64,000 bases of DNA, from assembly GCA_963749915.1 (NCBI GenBank), contig CAVVOP010000009.1, positions 1 through 64,000 on the forward strand, read 5' to 3'. The notes under the pieces were generated by a model, which made no database searches, was not told where the DNA came from, and saw only the letters and a program-made list of their open reading frames with translations. The DNA comes from an uncultured cyanobacterium (GTDB lineage: Bacteria; Cyanobacteriota; Cyanobacteriia; Cyanobacteriales; Cyanobacteriaceae). The position numbers and the translations under genes are program-made. This document shows, one piece after another, positions 63,578 to 64,000 of this stretch (its first letter is position 1; each line of letters opens with the position of its first letter).

Positions 63578-64000
63578 ATGACTAATTATGTTCCTCTTTT
63601 ACGAGTTTCCGCTTTAATTCCTTTTGTCGATTTTTTGCAAGAATTAGGCACTCCCACAGAAAAACTATTAAGACAATATAAATTACCTATTTTTGCTCTC
63701 GATGAACCAAATTTCTTAATCTCTCGCCATCAAGTCTTTGATTTTTTGAAGAAAACAGCATATCAAGAAGGAATAGAAAACTTAGGGATTTTAGTAGGAG
63801 AAAAAACTCCAGTGGAATCTTTGGGCATCTTAGGTAAATTAGCTTGTCAATCTCTCACTTTATATGATGCCATTTTTAAAGCTATTCATTTGGGAAATTT
63901 GTTTAATTCAGGAGAACATTTCTGGTTATTGGAACAGGGTGAAACCGCTTATTTTTGTCAAGAATTTACTAACTTAGAAAGTTTTGATTCTCATCATCCC
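63578..64000 (+). CDS. AraC family regulator (partial, runs off the window)
   Basis: MTNYVPLLRVSAL...EGIENLGILVGEKT...GKLACQSLTLYDAI; paralogue of 5123-5976. Confidence 0.8.
   Translation, partial: MTNYVPLLRVSALIPFVDFLQELGTPTEKLLRQYKLPIFALDEPNFLISRHQVFDFLKKTAYQEGIENLGILVGEKTPVESLGILGKLACQSLTLYDAIFKAIHLGNLFNSGEHFWLLEQGETAYFCQEFTNLESFDSHHP

Noticed and set aside
1..64000. tRNA or rRNA genes
   Set aside because: None recognised by eye; a tRNAscan/Infernal run would be needed to exclude them.

Overview
This is a chromosomal window from an AT-rich cyanobacterium: HIP1 (GCGATCGC) is abundant, and an hli gene, a photolyase and dprA are present. It is heavily eroded by insertion sequences (IS1634, IS1182, IS66, IS701-like, ISH3, 2x IS982, a TnpB remnant), MITEs and a group II intron remnant. 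From left to right: (i) TA remnants, ISs and fragments of a sulfatase locus (1-7.1 kb); (ii) intact housekeeping genes phr, an AEC transporter and dprA (7.2-11.2 kb); (iii) a decaying light/oxidative-stress island (16.4-34.6 kb) with hli, HEAT, rhodanese, TIGR03643, MarC, ClpC-like, DoxX, FeS-BCP photolyase, carotenoid oxygenase and UbiA genes; (iv) an integrated plasmid/prophage-like region (34.8-51.7 kb) with two inverted copies of a Rep-like + ParB-like module, an XRE repressor, an IS-split HNH gene and a truncated type IIG R-M gene; (v) an apparently intact arylsulfatase/FGE cluster (52.8-64 kb). The most striking observation is in the two ParB-like paralogues. Each carries a perfect 11-1-11 palindrome inside its own coding sequence, right after the HTH recognition helix. 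The palindrome core changes by fully compensatory substitutions together with the recognition helix, which suggests a swappable cassette encoding both a DNA-binding specificity and its cognate site. All product calls come from motif recognition by eye; no database searches were run.
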